Shown here piece by piece: positions 31,298 through 34,061 of a stretch of 34,061 nt of DNA. A model generated the notes under the pieces. That model searched no databases, had not been told where the DNA came from, and saw only the letters and a program-made list of their open reading frames with translations. The position numbers and the translations under genes are program-made. The stretch comes from an uncultured Pseudomonadota bacterium (GTDB taxonomy: Bacteria; Myxococcota_A; UBA9042; CAIXZC01). The DNA lies in the NCBI GenBank assembly GCA_937884235.1, contig CALGBT010000815.1, positions 1-34,061 of the forward strand, in the 5' to 3' direction. Every line of letters begins with the position of its first letter. Position 1 is the stretch's first letter.

Positions 31298-34061
31298 TTA
31301 GTAGGTGACCTTGATCTGGCCATGCCCCATGCGGACATCAGCCGTGGTGCTGCTCGCGGTAACACCCCCCACGTAGGAGGACCCGCCTCCACCGCCGCCA
31401 CCGCCGCAGTTCTGGTGGCCGCCGCCACCGCCACCGTAGTATCCGCCGCCGCCGGAGCCAGCGCTGCCGCACACATCACCGTCAGCCTCCCCCGCTCCCT
31501 TGCCACCCTGGCCAAGTTCCCCGGCAGTGCCAACGATGTAGTCGCAGCATGCAAGCCCCGTTGCCCCGGCCGCGCCGCCGCCAGCCTGCGTCCCCGCCTT
31601 CCCCCCTCTCCCGGGGGGCTGGTTGGGAATGCTGTCTGTTCCATCCTGGCCCGAAGTGCCGCCACCGCCGCCGCCGACTCCGCCCGTCCAGCCGCCAGAG
31701 CCGAAGCTGTATCCCGCGTGCCCGCCACCGCCGCCGGCAACGATCTTGCGGTCGCTCAACGCGGTGCCGCCGACCCGCACATCCGAGCCGCCGCCACCCC
31801 AGCCTTTGGCCCAGGAACTGACGTTCTTGCCGCCACCGTTCCAGCCCCCGGCACTACCTTTGCCCCCCACATAGAGGTGCAGAATCTGGCCGGGGGTGAC
31901 CGCCAGCGTACCAGTGGCCTTGCCACCCTTGCCGCCGTCGGGTACTTCGAAGCCATTACCTCCACCCTGTGCGCCATAGGCTTCAACCACCACCGACTTG
32001 ACACAAGGCGGCACCGTCCAGTCCTGCGTTCCGCCAGTGTAATCAAAGGTAATGGAGCCGGTCTCGCAGGCATCGATACACTCACCAGCCCAGCACTCCA
32101 GATCCTGGCCACACTCCGTACCGTTTGCCACCGGCACAAACTGACAGCCAGCCCCGGGGGCGCACGCATCGTCAGTGCACCCATTGGCGTCATCGCACTC
32201 CACCGCAATCCCCGGCTGACACTGGCCCGCACCACAGATGTCGCCATCGGTGCAGGCGTCGGCATCATCACAAGGTGCGGTGTTGGGAGTGTTCACACAG
32301 CCATCGACGGGGTGGCAGGAATCCGTGGTGCAAAGCTCATTGTCGTTGCAGCTGATCCCGGCCCCACCACCACACACGCCCCCGGCACAGAATTCATTGA
32401 CGGTACAGGCATCACCGTCGTCGCAGGGGACCGTATTGGGCACGTGCACACACCCGGCAACGGCATCGCAAGAATCATCTGTACACAAGTCGTCATCGTC
32501 GCAATCCAGGCCCGGACCGGCCTTGCACATGCCCCCTCCGCAAGCGTCGGCAACGGTACAGGCATTACTGTCATCGCAGGGCGCGGTGTTGTTCAGGAAT
32601 TGGCAACCGGTGTTGGGGTGACAGCTGTCGGTGGTGCACAGGTTACCATCTTTGCACTCCAGATTGCCGCTGCTGATACAATCCCCGAGGTGACAGTGGT
32701 CACCGGTGGTGCAAACGTCGGCATCGTCACAGGGGACGCTGTTGAGCAGGTGCAGGCAACCCACCGCCGGGTCACAACTATCGGTGGTGCAGAGGTTATC
32801 GTCGTCGCACCCGGGCGCAGTACTTCCCTTGCAAACCCCGGCAACGCAAGTGTCTACCAGCGTGCAGGCATTACCATCGTCACAGGCCGCCTCCTTGGGG
32901 ACAAACTGGCAGCCAAGTTCGCTGTCGCAGCTATCGTCGGTGCAGGGATTCTCGTCGACGCATGCCGCGGCCGGCCCCGGAGCGCATTCCCCGGCCAGGC
33001 AATGGTCCCCGACGGTGCACACATCACCATCCTGGCAAGGGGCCTGATTGGGCGTGTGGACACAGCCTGTATCCGGGTCACAGCTGTCATCCGTGCAAGG
33101 GTTATCGTCAGCACAAATTGCCGCGACGCCGGCGACACACTTACCGACCTGGCAACTGTCGCCGATGGTGCAAGCATCACCGTCATCGCACGCGAATTCA
33201 TCATGGTCCGGGATCAGACTGCACCCTCCCGCGGCCTCGAGGTCGCAAATCGATTGCTGGCAAATAGCATCAATACCGGTCGGAGCCGGACACTCCACCA
33301 CCGTCTCCGGCAGCACCACACACTGATAAGGCCACTTGTCCTTGTTGCAGCCTAACGTGCCATTGCAGAGGTCTCCGTCTTCGAACTGGGCACAGTCCTC
33401 GTCTGCCTGACAGTCACATGCCACCGGCGTCCCGAAACAACTGCCGTCCCCACAATAGTCACCGACTGTGCAGGCATCCCCGTCATCGCAGGCTGAAGTG
33501 TTGTTGGTGAACTCGCAGCCGCCAAAACCGTCGCAGGCATCATCGGTGCAGGGATTGCTATCATCACAGGCCACCGGGGAACCAGCGCAGACTCCCTCTG
33601 CGCAATGGTCACCGACGGTGCAAGCATCGCCATCAATGCACTCACCCGCGCTCAGCGCCTCATGAACACAGCCGGCCTCTCCTTTGCAGAGATCAGTGGT
33701 GCAAGCATTGCCATCGTCGCAGGGGCCCACATACTGACCCTCGTGGAATGTCCCCTCGTCCACATCACCATCACAGTTGTCGTCAACCCCATTGCAGACC
33801 TCGGCTGCGGGCACCTGGGCATCGCAGTCCCCCAGGCCATCGTCGAGGCAAACCCGCTGGCCCACACAGGCGCCAAAGTCGTTGGCCCGGGAGCAGGGGG
33901 TCCACAACCCCAGAGATACCGAGGTATCGGTGCAGGGGCAGACCCCCGCATCCGCCACGCACTGGACAGTGCTTACACCGTCCACCGTAACCGTCTCCAA
34001 ACAGGAGAAACCCCATGGGCAGTCCTCGTCAACGGCACACTTCGCCCCGCAGAAACTACCC
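31298..34061 (-). CDS. giant cysteine-rich repeat lipoprotein, paralog 3 (5' end beyond window; C-terminal glycine-rich domain)
   Basis: The frame stays open to nt 34061: upstream of the ORF-track TTG it reads GSFCGAKCAVDEDCPWGFSCLETVTVDG, colinear with paralog 1 GAFCGSVCAEGSDCPWGFSCVDAQTVDG. It carries CNGVDDNCDGDVDE, 9 bipartite 51-aa repeats and the same insert. The C-terminus is ITFDYTGGTQDWTVPP...AYGAQGGG...GGGGSDVRVGGTALSDRKIVAGGGGG. Confidence 0.92.
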   Translation of the reverse strand, partial: GSFCGAKCAVDEDCPWGFSCLETVTVDGVSTVQCVADAGVCPCTDTSVSLGLWTPCSRANDFGACVGQRVCLDDGLGDCDAQVPAAEVCNGVDDNCDGDVDEGTFHEGQYVGPCDDGNACTTDLCKGEAGCVHEALSAGECIDGDACTVGDHCAEGVCAGSPVACDDSNPCTDDACDGFGGCEFTNNTSACDDGDACTVGDYCGDGSCFGTPVACDCQADEDCAQFEDGDLCNGTLGCNKDKWPYQCVVLPETVVECPAPTGIDAICQQSICDLEAAGGCSLIPDHDEFACDDGDACTIGDSCQVGKCVAGVAAICADDNPCTDDSCDPDTGCVHTPNQAPCQDGDVCTVGDHCLAGECAPGPAAACVDENPCTDDSCDSELGCQFVPKEAACDDGNACTLVDTCVAGVCKGSTAPGCDDDNLCTTDSCDPAVGCLHLLNSVPCDDADVCTTGDHCHLGDCISSGNLECKDGNLCTTDSCHPNTGCQFLNNTAPCDDSNACTVADACGGGMCKAGPGLDCDDDDLCTDDSCDAVAGCVHVPNTVPCDDGDACTVNEFCAGGVCGGGAGISCNDNELCTTDSCHPVDGCVNTPNTAPCDDADACTDGDICGAGQCQPGIAVECDDANGCTDDACAPGAGCQFVPVANGTECGQDLECWAGECIDACETGSITFDYTGGTQDWTVPPCVKSVVVEAYGAQGGGNGFEVPDGGKGGKATGTLAVTPGQILHLYVGGKGSAGGWNGGGKNVSSWAKGWGGGGSDVRVGGTALSDRKIVAGGGGGHAGYSFGSGGWTGGVGGGGGGTSGQDGTDSIPNQPPGRGGKAGTQAGGGAAGATGLACCDYIVGTAGELGQGGKGAGEADGDVCGSAGSGGGGYYGGGGGGHQNCGGGGGGGGSSYVGGVTASSTTADVRMGHGQIKVTY
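32114..33721 (-). repeat. in-frame tandem coding repeat array, 153-nt (51-aa) period, 9 units, split by a 75-aa insert
   Basis: The A-unit first Cys falls at ORF-track aa 271, 322, 373, 424, 475, 526 and 577, exactly 51 apart. Two more units precede the insert. Confidence 0.9.

Noticed and set aside
11880-34061. Diversity-generating retroelement or other targeted hypermutation acting on the variable tips or repeats.
   Set aside because: The window contains no reverse transcriptase ORF. I saw no template/variable repeat pair with adenine-specific differences. Variation looks like ordinary paralog divergence.
1-34061. Mobile element, prophage or genomic-island boundaries around the Cys-rich gene region.
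   Set aside because: The window has no integrase, transposase, tRNA, or direct or inverted terminal repeats. I noticed no obvious compositional break by eye. Composition was not computed.

Overview
This is visibly GC-rich bacterial chromosomal DNA with strong G/C third-codon bias. It holds about 26 tightly packed protein genes. I recognised no rRNA, tRNA, CRISPR array, transposase or integrase. The left ~11.9 kb is mostly housekeeping and envelope genes: an extended-SDR epimerase, a SecD-P1-like secreted protein, a deoxynucleoside kinase, a SlyD-type FKBP, FxsA, an 877-aa glycine-rich lipoprotein, an ABC-F/Uup ATPase and an Asp23-AmaP-PspC stress cluster. The remaining ~22 kb is dominated by three paralogous giant cysteine-rich lipoproteins (1217 aa, 1191 aa, and >=920 aa running off the right edge). 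All three follow one blueprint: lipobox, acidic linker, Cys-rich head with a CNGxDDxCDGxVDE motif, and a stalk of 51-aa bipartite repeats (8 Cys per unit; 12, 14 and 9 units). The stalk is interrupted at the same position by a conserved ~75-aa module and ends in an exchangeable C-terminal tip. Two copies carry a glycine-rich 'FxYTGxxQxxxVP...GGGGG' tip and the third carries an unrelated 11-Cys module. Interleaved with them are a lamin-tail-domain protein, a CBM48+GH13 amylase lipoprotein, a PstS-like binding protein with a HisKA_3 kinase and NarL-type regulator, a TIGR01212 radical SAM protein and a TonB-dependent receptor. Also present are an erythromycin-esterase/Tiki-like lipoprotein and an XRE-HTH fused to a thymidylate-kinase-like domain with a destroyed P-loop. 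My best candidate for an undescribed system is this multi-copy, tip-swapping, disulfide-rich surface-protein family together with its adjacent sensory and regulatory genes. Its function is unknown and every functional statement here is inference. The lineage guess (a Myxococcota/Bdellovibrionota-like organism) is inferred from protein style only.
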